This document shows positions 9,418-19,628 of a DNA stretch of 64,000 nt, piece by piece. This DNA comes from an uncultured Methylomirabilota bacterium (lineage in GTDB: Bacteria; Methylomirabilota; Methylomirabilia; Methylomirabilales; 2-02-FULL-66-22). The stretch lies in NCBI GenBank assembly GCA_963845565.1, contig CAWJSJ010000004.1, positions 64,001 to 128,000 of the forward strand. Reading direction: 5' to 3'. A model generated the notes under the pieces. The model had not been told where the DNA came from. It did not search any database and was given only the letters and a program-made list of their open reading frames with translations. Within the stretch, counting starts at the first letter, position 1. The number at the start of each line of letters is the position of its first letter. Position numbers and translations under genes: made by a program.

Positions 9418-9563
9418 TCACCACAAAGCACTATCGGACAGGCCGAATTCTCCGAATCGCCAGCGTAGCCAGCGGTCCCGTGGGGCCGCACAAGATTGTC
9501 CCAGGGTGCCATCGGAGATGACGGGTCGTTCCAGGCCCTTTGTGTCTTCGTGCTTTGTGGTGA
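9418..9563. repeat. 146-bp segment bounded by 14-bp perfect inverted repeats
   Basis: TCACCACAAAGCAC at 9418 and GTGCTTTGTGGTGA at 9550. Confidence 0.6.
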
Positions 9564-9574
9564 AAGGTTTCGGT

Positions 9575-10792
9575 TTATGCGGGAATCCTCAACGGCCGGA
9601 AAAACGCTCTCAGTTCTTCGGCCATTTCTTCCGCGCGTTCGTGCACGGCGAAATGGCCACCCTTCTCGAACTTCGTGAAGCGGGTGACATTGTAGTAGCG
9701 TTCCGCACGCTGACGCACGATCGGCGCAAGTTCGTGCGGGTAGGCGGCCACTCCCGTCGGCACCTCGATCCGCCTTCCAGGTTCCAGCTCCCACGGATTG
9801 TAGTAGGACTCGCTGTAGAGCCGGATGGCCGACCAGAAGGAGTTCGTGACCCAGTAGAGCATCAGGTTGGTGATGATCATGTCGCGCGGAAAGACGCTCT
9901 CAAAATCATCGCCCCACCCGCTCCAAGCGCGCCATTTCTCGACAATCCAGGCCGCCAGGCCCGCCGGCGAATCGGAAAGAGGCACCGCCAGGGTTTGCGG
10001 CCGGGTCATCTGCTGGTGACAGTACGCTCCCTCGTCAATCCAGTAACGTTCGACGTTCTTCCAATACCAGAGCATCTCGGGATCTTTCGGCTTCACCGGT
10101 GCCCACTTCATGCCCAGCCCACGCAACAGGTCCGGGTCCTTGTCTTCCGGTTCGCGCTCGTCTCCGAGCCTCGGGAACAGGCAGTTCAGATGGATGCCCA
10201 CCAGGTGCTCGGGGCACAGGTACCCGTAAGGCGCCGTGATGAAACCGCCCCAATCGCCGCCCTCGATGCCGTACCGCTCGTACCCCAGCCCCTCGGTCAT
10301 CAACTTGTCGTACTTCTCCGGGTGGTGCTGAAACCCGAAGCCCGCCGTCTTCGGGTAGTCCGAGAACCCGAACCCGATGATCGAGGGGACGATCACCGTG
10401 AACGCGTCGGCGGGGTCGCCGCCGTGGGCGGCCGGGTCCGTGAGCAGGGGCAGAATCCTGAGCAGCATGACGAACGACCACGGATAGCCGTGCATCATGA
10501 ATAGCGGCAGGGAATTCGGCCCCTTCCCCTCCTCGCGAATGAAGTGAATGCCCAGACCGTCCACGTCGGCCTTGAAATGGTTGAGCCGGTTCAGCCGGGC
10601 TTCCTGCTCGCGCCAGTCGTATTCGTCCAGCCAATAGGCCACGAGGTTCTTCATGTAGGCGAGGTCCACGCCGCGGCTCCAGCCTCCTTCCGGCATGGCC
10701 TCCGGCCAGCGCGTGCGCGCCAGACGTTCGCGCAGGTCGTCGAGCACGTCCTGCGGAACCTCGATCTTCATTGGCCTGATGGCGGTTGTCAT
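9575..10792 (-). CDS. Epoxide hydrolase (EHN N-terminal domain, alpha/beta hydrolase)
   Basis: LDDLRERLARTRWP, MHGYP, GGDWG, DSPAGLAAWIVEK, GGHFA. Confidence 0.93.
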   Translation of the reverse strand: MTTAIRPMKIEVPQDVLDDLRERLARTRWPEAMPEGGWSRGVDLAYMKNLVAYWLDEYDWREQEARLNRLNHFKADVDGLGIHFIREEGKGPNSLPLFMMHGYPWSFVMLLRILPLLTDPAAHGGDPADAFTVIVPSIIGFGFSDYPKTAGFGFQHHPEKYDKLMTEGLGYERYGIEGGDWGGFITAPYGYLCPEHLVGIHLNCLFPRLGDEREPEDKDPDLLRGLGMKWAPVKPKDPEMLWYWKNVERYWIDEGAYCHQQMTRPQTLAVPLSDSPAGLAAWIVEKWRAWSGWGDDFESVFPRDMIITNLMLYWVTNSFWSAIRLYSESYYNPWELEPGRRIEVPTGVAAYPHELAPIVRQRAERYYNVTRFTKFEKGGHFAVHERAEEMAEELRAFFRPLRIPA

Positions 10793-10883
10793 GCCCTCTC
10801 CTTTTCGTGCAGCCCACCGATCTCACCCGGCCCGCCGTTTCCCTCGCTTCGCGCACGACACGCACGAACGCCTTAATTGGTGT

Positions 10884-12490
10884 CCGGTAGTACCGCTGGG
10901 AGGGTCGGGACAACACAACCCGATCCGAGGGAAGGGGCCGTCACTCTCACCACGCTTCCTAACGGCGGGCACGCGAGGAGGATTGCCGTGAGGCTCGAAC
11001 CTCCGGAGGCAGTGCGCGACCCTCCAGCGGAAGCTCTACCGCAAGGCCAAGTCGGAGCCCACCTTCCGGTTCTACCTCCTCTACGACAAGGTGCACCGGG
11101 CGGACGTCCTGCGTCACGCCTGGGCCTTGGTGCGGGCGAACGGGGGCGCCCCGGGGTGGACGGGGTCACGATCGCGGCCGTGGAGGCGGACGGGGTCGAC
11201 CGTTCCTCGCGCGTCTGGCCGAGGAACTCCGGACGCACACCTACCGGCCCGATCCCGTCCGGCGTGTGTCCATCCCCAAGCGGAGTGGGGGCGAGCGGCC
11301 CGCTCGGCATCCCGACGGTGCGGGACCGGGTGGTCCAGAGCCGCGGCCCGCCTGGTGCTTGGAGCCGATCTTCGAGGCGGACTTCCAGCCGTGCTCCTAC
11401 GGCTTCCGCCCGAAGAAAGAGCGCGCACCAGGCCGTGGAGGAGATCCGCGCCCACCTCGCCGCGGGGCTACACGCAGGTGCTCGACGCCGACCTGACGGC
11501 CTACTTCGACTCGATCCCCCATGACCGGCTGCTGGCGGCGGTGGCCCGCGCGTGACGCAGACCGGCACATCGCTGCGGCTGCTGACCGACAGTGGCTGCG
11601 CGCGCCCGGTGGTGGTCGAGCGGGACGGACGGGAAGCGGGAGGTCGCGGGGCGGCACAGCGGACGCGTCGCGGGACTCCGCAGGGTGGGGTGATCTCCCC
11701 GCTGCTCGCGAACCGTCTACCTGCACGCCTTCGACACGGCATGGCGAGCAGGCGGGCTGGAGCGACGCTGGCAGGCCCGGCTCATCCGGTACGCGGATGA
11801 CTTCGTGATCTGCTGTCGGGCGCAGGCGGCGCCAGGTGCAAGCGGTCGTTACTGAGCAACTCCAGGCGCTCGGGTTGACGCTGAATGCAGCGAAGACCGA
11901 GTCCTGGACGCGCGGCAGCAGGCCTTCACCTTCCTCGGGTTCACGGTGCGGGTCGCACGGAGCCGACGGACCGGGCGGACGTTCCCCCTGATCCAGCCCC
12001 TCGGCCGCCGCCCGCCAGCGACTGCGGGATCACGGTGAAGGCGCTCACCGGTCGTGACGCATCTGGCGCTGCCGACGCCGACGGTCATCACGGCGGTCAA
12101 TCGCGTGGTCCGCGGATGGGCCGGGTATTTCCACTTTCAGCACTGCACGCGCGACCTTCAGCGCGCTCCGGTGGTTCGTCAGCGAGCGGGTCCGGATCGT
12201 ACCTGCGGCGCAAGCACCGGCTCCGGACGCGAGCCTACCAGGCCTTCCCGTAGACTGTGCTGTACGGGCGGCTGGGGCTCTACCGGTTGCCGATGCGGGC
12301 GCCGTGGCCTGCTCCGGCGTCTGCCGGGCGGTGAAGGTGATCGGAGAGCCGGATGCGGGCAAACCGCACGTCCGGTTCGATGAGGGGGTGCTGGCGTCCG
12401 GGCACGGTCGGGCTCGTGAGGCACCGCCAGACGAAAGGGGCGGGAACAGATAGGCCCGACCTACCTTCAGATTCCCAGGCTCTACTCTAC
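10884..12490 (+). mobile_element. ltrA: Group II intron, 5'-truncated, RT/maturase ORF heavily frameshifted
   Basis: RT blocks [54 protein letters not shown] in shifting frames; domain V GAGCCGGATGCGGGCAAACCGCACGTCCGGTTC near 12346; 3' end CTCTACTCTAC. Confidence 0.92.
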
Positions 12491-12491
12491 C

Positions 12492-13730
12492 CTATTTCCG
12501 GTCCAGCAGATATTTCCGCACCTGGGCGAGGGCCAGCTTGGTGGTGCGGTTCTCGACGAAGCGCATGGCGTGCGGCCAGCGCGCTTCCTGGCTGTCGGTG
12601 CCACCGGGATGGGCCAGGGCGATCTGCACGACGTGATCCTGGTTCTTGTCCTTCGCCGCCTGCCCCGTGAGCGCCAGGCCGAGATCTGCTCCGGCCAGCA
12701 CCCGCACGCGTTCCGCGAGGGATCGGGCCGCCTGCTCCCCCAGGATCGGTGAGGTTCCGAGGGTTGATGCAGGGATCTCCAGGAGCTTTCCGGCCGCCGT
12801 CGGGGAGGTGAACGTGGCGCCGAGCCTCAGGAACCGATCGCTGCCCGCCAGCCCCTTCAGGGTTTGGATGATGGAGCTGCCATAGCTCGTCTCGGCAACC
12901 GCCAGCGTCAGCCCGGCGTCGTGGAGGAGCCGCGTCAGGACTCCCTCGTAGGTCTCGTCGTCGGTCCCGAAGATGAACGTCTCCAGCCGCTCCCGGATCT
13001 TTCCCTCCAGGGCGGCGTTCATGGCCTGCGCGTCCGGGGCATGCTCGGCCTTGGCCGTGAGCCGGATATGGACCTCGCCGATCTGGGTGTGCGCCAGCAG
13101 GCCGATGGTCGGATTCGAGCCCGCCTCGATCAGGTCCTTGATCTTTTCATCCACGAGGCTCTCTCCGATGCCGAAGAGCTTCAGGACGCGCGAGACGATG
13201 ATTTCCCGGATGCCCATCTTCTGTCGCAGGTACGGGAGGATGGCGTGCTCCATGAAGTGGCGCATCTCGTGCGGTACGCCGGGGACCGACGCGATGGCGC
13301 GCGATCCCTGTTCCACGATGAACCCCGGTGCCGTGCCCACGGGATTCTCGATGGGGATGGCCCCCTCTGGGATGAGGGCCTGCTTGCGGTTGTTTTCCCC
13401 CATGGGCCGTCCCACGCGCTTGAAGAAGTCGGCGATCTGATCGTAGAGTTGCTGATTGAAGACGAGCGGCCGGCCCGTGACCTCGGCGGCCGCCTCGCGC
13501 GTCAGGTCGTCGAGCGTCGGCCCGATGCCGCCGGTGGTCAGCACGAAGTCGGCGCGGTTCAAAGCGTTCTGCAGCGTCGTCTTGATCCGCTCCAGGTTGT
13601 CCCCGACGGTGGACTTGAAGTGTACGTCCACCCCGATGGTGGTGAGCTGCTGCGCCATGTAGGCCGAGTTGGTGTCCACGGTTTGACCGAGCAGCAGCTC
13701 GGTGCCGACAGCGACGATCTCTGCTTTCAC
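12492..13730 (-). CDS. cinA: Competence/damage-inducible protein CinA
   Basis: KAEIVAVGTELLLG, TGGIGPTLDDLTRE, NPVGTAPG, PGVPHEM; C-terminal PncC domain divergent. Confidence 0.9.
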   Translation of the reverse strand: MKAEIVAVGTELLLGQTVDTNSAYMAQQLTTIGVDVHFKSTVGDNLERIKTTLQNALNRADFVLTTGGIGPTLDDLTREAAAEVTGRPLVFNQQLYDQIADFFKRVGRPMGENNRKQALIPEGAIPIENPVGTAPGFIVEQGSRAIASVPGVPHEMRHFMEHAILPYLRQKMGIREIIVSRVLKLFGIGESLVDEKIKDLIEAGSNPTIGLLAHTQIGEVHIRLTAKAEHAPDAQAMNAALEGKIRERLETFIFGTDDETYEGVLTRLLHDAGLTLAVAETSYGSSIIQTLKGLAGSDRFLRLGATFTSPTAAGKLLEIPASTLGTSPILGEQAARSLAERVRVLAGADLGLALTGQAAKDKNQDHVVQIALAHPGGTDSQEARWPHAMRFVENRTTKLALAQVRKYLLDRK

Positions 13731-13743
13731 CTTGTCCCCCTTG

Positions 13744-13888
13744 GCAGGCTGCTGAAAAAGGTCCATCTGCGGCGTTGGCTCGTTTGGGCACTCGCTGCGG
13801 CGTACAGGAAGTACGCCTCACTCGGCCCCGGGTACCCATCGAAGATGGGTGACGCCGCCTTGCATATGGGCCTTTTTGAGCAGCCTGC
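13744..13888 (+). mobile_element. MITE-like repeat family A, copy 1
   Basis: Ends GGCTGCTGAAAAAGGTCC / GGGCCTTTTTGAGCAGCC; internal CGTAC..GTACG hairpin. Confidence 0.85.
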
Positions 13889-14022
13889 CCGAAAGTGAGT
13901 ATTTCGCGTTCCTCTTGTCAGGAAAGGCGCTGACCTAGCCGGAAGATTTTGGAATCGGACCCGGTTGTGGATTTTGTGCCTCTTGTGGCCATTGGTCGGC
14001 CGCGTGTCTTGCTTATCCCGCA

Positions 14023-14941
14023 TCAATGCGGCGGGGGGTGGTGGGCGATCCAGTGCCGGGCGATGTCTGCCCGGCGGCAGATCCAGACCCGGTCGTGTGT
14101 GCTGGACGTAGTCCAGGAAGCGCATGAGCGCGGCGGCGCGCCCCGGCCGGCCCGCCAGGCGGCAATGCAGCCCCACCGAGAGCATCTTCGGCTCCTCGGC
14201 CCCCTCCGCATACAGCACGTCGAAGGCGTCCTTCAGGTAGGCAAAGAACTGATCCCCGCTGTTAAACCCCTGGGCCGTGGCGAAGCGCATGTCGTTGGTG
14301 TCCAGGGTGTAGGGGACGACGAGGTGCGGTTTCCCGACCACGTCCACCCAGTACGGGAGGTCGTCCGCGTAGGAGTCGGCGTCGTACAGGAAACCGCCGT
14401 GCTCCACCACCAAACGCCGCGTGTTGGGACTGTCGCGGCCGGTGTACCAGCCGACCGGCGGGGCTCCCGTGAGCTTTTGGATGGCCTCGACGGCCAGTCG
14501 GATGTGCTCCCGCTCCGTCGCCTCATCCATAGCCTGATAGCTGATCCAGCGCCACCCGTGGGAGGCGATCTCGTAGTCGGCCTCCTGCATGGCGGCCACC
14601 GCCTCGGGGTTGCGCTGCAGCGCCATGGCGACGCCGAAGATCGTGACGGGGATCCGGCGTGCCGTCAAAATCCGGTAAAGCCGCCAGAAGCCGGCTCGGC
14701 TTCCGTACTCATAGAGCGACTCCATGCTGAGGTGTCGCATGGGAAAGGCGGCGGCCCCGATGATCTCGGACAGAAAGGTCTCCGACCCCGCGTCTCCGTG
14801 CAGGACGCAGTTCTCTGACCCCTCCTCGTAGTTGACCACGAGTTGCAGCGCCAGCCGGGCGTCGTGCGGCCAGCGGGGGTGCGGCGGCCGACGGCCATAG
14901 CCGATCAGGTCCCGGGGGTAGGACGGATCGTTGCGGATCAC
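14023..14941 (-). CDS. puuE: Allantoinase PuuE (polysaccharide-deacetylase family); +1 frameshift near 14098, probably an artefact
   Basis: [57 protein letters not shown] start overlaps the upstream TGA. Confidence 0.92.
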
Positions 14942-15990
14942 GGGGTCCCTCCTTCGGGGCGGTCCAGCCGCCTCTCCTCGACCGCGTGGCAGGCGGTGAG
15001 GGTCGCGTTGGGGGCCGCCATGGGCTCCGGCCGTTCCGAGCGGCAGCGGTCGGTCGCCCACGGGCAGCGAGGGTGGAACGCGCAGCCGGTGGGGGGATCG
15101 AGAGGATTGGGGACCTCGCCGGCGACCGGCGTCCGGCGCTCGCCGGTGACCTCCAGGTCGGGGATCGCCTCCAGCAGCATCCGCGTGTAGGGGTGCTGCG
15201 GTCGGGTGAAGATCTCTTCCGCCGATCCCAGCTCGGCGAGCCGCCCCAGATACATGACGCCCACCCGGTCGGCGATGTGGTGGACGACAGCCAGGTTGTG
15301 GGAGATGAAGAGGTAGGTCAGCCCGAACTCCCGCTGGAGATCCTTCATGAGATTCAGGATTTGCGCCTGTACGGAGACGTCGAGGGCCGAGGTCGGCTCG
15401 TCGCAGACCAGGAACTCCGGGTTGCTCGACAGCGCCCGTGCGATGGAGATTCGTTGGCGCTGCCCGCCCGAGAACTCGTGCGGGTACTTGTCGGCGTCGG
15501 CGGGCGCCAGACCGACCTGGCGAAGGAGGGCCTCCACCCGCGCCCGCAGCGGACCGGCGCCCGCGACCAGCCGGTGGGCGCGGATCGGCTCGGCGATGAT
15601 CTCCTTCACCCGCCAGCGCGGGTTCAGGCTGGCGTAGGGATCCTGGAAGATCATCTGGAACCGCCGCCGGACGGCGGCGATCTCCGCCCGCGCCCGCAGG
15701 CCCGCGAGCTCGATGCCGTCGAACCGGATCACCCCGCGAGTCGGGGTGTAGAGTCCGACCAGCAGGCGGGCTACCGTGGACTTGCCGCAGCCCGATTCTC
15801 CCACCAGGGCCAGCGTCTCCCCGCGGCGGATGTCGAAGCTGATCCCGTCTACAGCCCTGAGCAGCGTGCGGGGCTGTCCTTCCAGCACGCGGGCCAGCCA
15901 GGGCCGGGACACGTCGAAATGGTGGGCGAGATCGCTGGCCTCGATCAATGGGCCCGTCGCCGGCGCCCCGCAGGTCGGCCGGCCGCTCAC
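14938..15990 (-). CDS. Dpp/Opp ABC transporter ATPase (DppF-like)
   Basis: [21 protein letters not shown]-terminal CAFHPRCP. Confidence 0.93.
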   Translation of the reverse strand: MSGRPTCGAPATGPLIEASDLAHHFDVSRPWLARVLEGQPRTLLRAVDGISFDIRRGETLALVGESGCGKSTVARLLVGLYTPTRGVIRFDGIELAGLRARAEIAAVRRRFQMIFQDPYASLNPRWRVKEIIAEPIRAHRLVAGAGPLRARVEALLRQVGLAPADADKYPHEFSGGQRQRISIARALSSNPEFLVCDEPTSALDVSVQAQILNLMKDLQREFGLTYLFISHNLAVVHHIADRVGVMYLGRLAELGSAEEIFTRPQHPYTRMLLEAIPDLEVTGERRTPVAGEVPNPLDPPTGCAFHPRCPWATDRCRSERPEPMAAPNATLTACHAVEERRLDRPEGGTP

Positions 15991-17027
15991 GATCGTGCCT
16001 CGCCTGGCGACGGCGGCGCGCCGCCGAAGAGCCAGCAGGCGGCGGCGCCGGAATCCGTCGGCCTGAGCTCGGGCCGCAACGTTCGACAGGGTTCAAAAAC
16101 CCGCGGGCAGCGCGGGTGAAAGGCGCAGCCCGGCGGAATCTCGTTCAGGCGGGGCATGGCGCCGTCGATCTGGACCAGGCGCGACACCCGTCGGTGGACG
16201 CTGGGGATCGAGCCCATCAGGCCGATCGTGTACGGATGCCTCGGCTGGCGGATCACGTCGCGAACCGGGCCGATCTCGACCAGACGGCCGGCGTACATCA
16301 CCGCCACCCGGTCGGCCGTCTCGGCGATGACGCCCATGTCGTGGGTAATGAGCATGACGGCGGCACCGTGATCGCGGCACATGCGCTTGAGCAGGGTGAT
16401 GATCTGGGCCTGGATGGAGACATCCAGGGCAGTCGTCGGCTCGTCGGCGATGACCAGCTCGGGATTCGCGCAGAGCGCCAGGGCGATCACCACCCGCTGC
16501 CGCATCCCACCCGAGAACTGATGGGGATAATGATCGATCCGCCGCTCGGCGGCGGGGATGCCCACCTCCTGGAGGAGCTGGACCGCGCGGCGACGCGCCT
16601 CCGTCGGCGTGGCGTCCACGTGCGTCCGGATGGTCTCGACGAGCTGCCGGCTCACGGTGTAGAGGGGATTGAGGGAGGTGAGCGGGTCCTGGAAGACGGC
16701 GCCGATCCGGCGGCCACGGATCCGGCGCAGCGCATCCTCGGGCAGTCCGTCGATCCGCTCGCCGCGCAGCAGGATGCGGCCTCGCGCGATCCGCCCGGGC
16801 GGCTCCAGCAAGCCGATGACCGCGGTGCCGGTGATGGATTTGCCGGCGCCGGATTCGCCCACCACGCCCAGAACCTCGCCCGGATCAATGGACAGGGACA
16901 CACCGTCCACGGCGGTGAGAATCCCACGACGGGTGGGAAACTCCACGGCCAGATCCTCGATCTGGAGGACGGGGGCCGCCTTCGTCCCCGGTGTCTGCAC
17001 GTCCTGCAAATGCTGTCCCGTGTCCAT
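15987..17027 (-). CDS. Dpp/Opp ABC transporter ATPase (DppD-like)
   Basis: [24 protein letters not shown]. Confidence 0.93.
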   Translation of the reverse strand: MDTGQHLQDVQTPGTKAAPVLQIEDLAVEFPTRRGILTAVDGVSLSIDPGEVLGVVGESGAGKSITGTAVIGLLEPPGRIARGRILLRGERIDGLPEDALRRIRGRRIGAVFQDPLTSLNPLYTVSRQLVETIRTHVDATPTEARRRAVQLLQEVGIPAAERRIDHYPHQFSGGMRQRVVIALALCANPELVIADEPTTALDVSIQAQIITLLKRMCRDHGAAVMLITHDMGVIAETADRVAVMYAGRLVEIGPVRDVIRQPRHPYTIGLMGSIPSVHRRVSRLVQIDGAMPRLNEIPPGCAFHPRCPRVFEPCRTLRPELRPTDSGAAACWLFGGAPPSPGEARS

Positions 17028-17033
17028 CGTCCG

Positions 17034-17975
17034 TTATTGCAGTTTCGGATTCAACGCATCCCGCAGCCAGTCGCCCAACAGGTTGACCGCCAGCACCAGG
17101 GCGACCAGCCACACGCCCGGAAAGATGGTCATCCACCACTCGCCCGAGAAGAGCACCTCGTTGCCGATCCGGATCAAGGTCCCCAAGGACGGCTGGGTGG
17201 CCGGTACGCCGAGCCCCAGGAAGCTCAGCGTGGCCTCGGTCAGAATGGCGAGGCCCAGACCGAGCGTGGCGATCACCAGCACCGGGCCCAGGACGTTGGG
17301 GAGGATGTGCCGGAACAGGATGTGCGCCGTCGGCTGCCCGATCAGGCGGGCCGCCTGGACATACTCCTTGCTCTTCTCCACCAGAGTCGAGCCGCGGACT
17401 GTCCGGGCGTACTGGACCCAGCTGGCCATGCCGATGGCCAGGACCAGAATCGGGATGGCCAGATCCTGGTGAACGTTCTTGGGCAGGGCGTTCCGGGCGA
17501 TCCCGTCGATCAGCAAGGCGATCAGGATGGTGGGAAAACTCAACTGGACGTCGGCCAGCCGCATGATGAGATTCTCGATCCGCCCGCCCAGATAGCCGCT
17601 GACGAGTCCCAGCGCGACGCCCAGGAGCATGGCGAACAGGGTTGCGGCGGCGCTCACTCCCAGCGAGATCCGTGAGCCGTACAGGATCGTCGAGAGGACG
17701 TCCCGGCCTTGGCTGTCGGTGCCGAGCGGATAGCGCAACTGGCCCCCCTCGATCCACGCCGGCGGCAGCCGCGAATCCCCGATGTTCAGCGCGGCCGCGT
17801 CAAAAGGGTTCTGTGGCGCGAGCACGGGGGCCGCCGCGGCCAGCGCCAGGAACAGAAGGGTCACCGCCGCGGCGACGACCGTCACGGGGGATCGGGTGAA
17901 GTGATACCAGAGGTCGCTGTCCCGCCCGCGCGTGACGCGGTCCCGGAGATCTGCGATCAATCCCGCCCTTGCCAT
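17034..17975 (-). CDS. Dpp/Opp ABC permease (DppC-like)
   Basis: LGTDSQGRD, EYVQAAR EAA loop, RHILPN. Confidence 0.93.
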   Translation of the reverse strand: MARAGLIADLRDRVTRGRDSDLWYHFTRSPVTVVAAAVTLLFLALAAAAPVLAPQNPFDAAALNIGDSRLPPAWIEGGQLRYPLGTDSQGRDVLSTILYGSRISLGVSAAATLFAMLLGVALGLVSGYLGGRIENLIMRLADVQLSFPTILIALLIDGIARNALPKNVHQDLAIPILVLAIGMASWVQYARTVRGSTLVEKSKEYVQAARLIGQPTAHILFRHILPNVLGPVLVIATLGLGLAILTEATLSFLGLGVPATQPSLGTLIRIGNEVLFSGEWWMTIFPGVWLVALVLAVNLLGDWLRDALNPKLQ

Positions 17976-18200
17976 GTCAACCCCACAGCGAAACTACTGT
18001 ACCCCATGACGTCAAGGACGCTGAACGATGATCGGGGGAGTGGGTGACAAGGCGAGTGGGAGACAATGCCGACATAGGGTCGTGGCCTCATTCTTCCCCC
18101 CAATCTCCCAGTCGCTCCGTCTCCCAATCAACTCCTCCCATGGCGGTCATGCGGTTTCTCAGTTTGTGTTTAGCGCGATGCTAAAAAACGCATTCGTACC

Positions 18201-18344
18201 CAGGCTGCTCAAAAGGGCCCAGCTGCAAGGCGGCGCGCCGCAGGCCGGGGGTACCCATCGGGCCGGGTCCAGCCGTACTGGAGGTACGTCGCAGCGAGTG
18301 CCGAGACGCGACAACGCGGCAGATGGGCCTTTTTCAGCAGCCTG
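18201..18344 (-). mobile_element. MITE-like repeat family A, copy 2 (inverted)
   Basis: CAGGCTGCTCAAAAGG...CCTTTTTCAGCAGCCTG, abuts the dppB TAA. Confidence 0.85.
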
Positions 18345-19325
18345 TTAGCCTCCCGCGACGTGCCCCACGCGCAAGCGCGGATCCACGAAGTAGTACAGCA
18401 GGTCCACGATCAGATTGATGGCGACGAAGAGGGCGGACACCAGAACCAGATACGCCGACAGCACGGGGATGTCGCCGAAGGTGATGGCCTGGATGACCAG
18501 CGAGCCCATCCCGGGCCACTGGAACACGGTCTCGGTGATGATGGCGAAAGCGATGATGGAGCCGAGTTGGAGCCCGGTGATGGTGATGACGGGGATCAAG
18601 GTGTTCTTCAGGGCGTGGCCGAAGTGCACGGCGCGCTTGCTCAACCCGCGGGCTCGAGCGAACTTGATATAGTCGGTGCGCAGGACCTCCAGCATCTCGG
18701 AGCGGACCAACCGCATGATGAGCGTGGTCTGGAACAACGCCAGCGTGATGCTGGGCAGGATCAGGGATTTCAGTCCGCTGGCCGTGAACAGGCCGGTCGT
18801 CCACCAGCCGACGCGGAGGACATCCCCGCGTCCGTAGGAGGGCAGCCAGGTTACCTTGACGGAGAAAACCAGGATCAGCAGGATGCCGGTAAGGAACGAG
18901 GGGATGGACACCCCCACCAGGGAGGCGGCCTGGATGGCCTGGCTGGACCAGGCGTTCCGGTGCAGCCCGGTGTAGACACCGGCAGGGATCCCCAGGCCGA
19001 GCGCCAGCAGGACGGCCATGACGCTCAGTTCCAGGGTAGCCGGCAGTCGTGCGATCAGCACGGAAGAGACGGGCTGGAGGTTTCGGAAGGACATGCCGAA
19101 GTCGCCCTGCACCGCGTGCTGGAGGAAGCGCAGGAACCGGACGGGCATGGGCTCGTCCAAACCCAGCGAAAGGCGCAGCTCGGCCTTCCGGTCCGGCGGG
19201 GCGTTCTCGCCCAGCATGTTGGTGACCGGGTCGCCCACGAAGTTGAACAGCGAGAAGGCCACGAAGGCGACGACCAGCATGACCAAAATGGCGTTGGCCA
19301 CCCGCGTGAGGATGAAGGCGAGCAC
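18345..19325 (-). CDS. Dpp/Opp ABC permease (DppB-like)
   Basis: GDP, GDFGMS, RLPATLEL, DYIKFARARG, ETVFQWPG, DPR. Confidence 0.93.
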   Translation of the reverse strand: MLAFILTRVANAILVMLVVAFVAFSLFNFVGDPVTNMLGENAPPDRKAELRLSLGLDEPMPVRFLRFLQHAVQGDFGMSFRNLQPVSSVLIARLPATLELSVMAVLLALGLGIPAGVYTGLHRNAWSSQAIQAASLVGVSIPSFLTGILLILVFSVKVTWLPSYGRGDVLRVGWWTTGLFTASGLKSLILPSITLALFQTTLIMRLVRSEMLEVLRTDYIKFARARGLSKRAVHFGHALKNTLIPVITITGLQLGSIIAFAIITETVFQWPGMGSLVIQAITFGDIPVLSAYLVLVSALFVAINLIVDLLYYFVDPRLRVGHVAGG

Positions 19326-19424
19326 GGCACCCCCGCAATTCGCGATCGCGCAGCCGCTGAGCGGCAAGAACCACGCCCCGGCCCTGTTCATCGGCGCGAC
19401 TGTGGCGAGGACCGAAGGCAGCGC

Positions 19425-19453
19425 ATTATCGAGAGGTGGAGGGCGTCTGTCAA
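19425..19453 (-). promoter_or_regulatory. Sigma70-type promoter for the permease/ATPase/puuE operon
   Basis: TTGACA-17-GATAAT on the minus strand. Confidence 0.6.
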
Positions 19454-19514
19454 TAGCGAGGGCGCTTCCGTTGTCGAGGGCATGGCGCCCACAGCACCTG
19501 GTGCCCACAGTGCC

Positions 19515-19543
19515 TTGACAGAGAAGGGCAGATCGGCGATTCT
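19515..19543 (+). promoter_or_regulatory. Sigma70-type promoter for the substrate-binding protein operon
   Basis: TTGACA-17-GATTCT. Confidence 0.5.
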
Positions 19544-19628
19544 TGCGCGGATTTGATCACTGTCCGTGCCGGTGGAACCCTGACGGGGCGCGGCGGACTT
19601 CTGTAACTCCATGGGAGGAGGCAACGCG

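Noticed and set aside
7790..14140. Diversity-generating retroelement: a ~95-bp repeat pair, one copy at a gene 3' end, flanking an RT
   Set aside because: The copies are identical apart from one indel, with no adenine-specific mismatches; the RT has group II intron DV/DVI and YADD; no avd-like gene
13727..16096. 789-aa ORF appearing as a fusion with puuE
   Set aside because: Artefact of an open alternative frame over the ATPase gene plus the 3' frameshift in puuE
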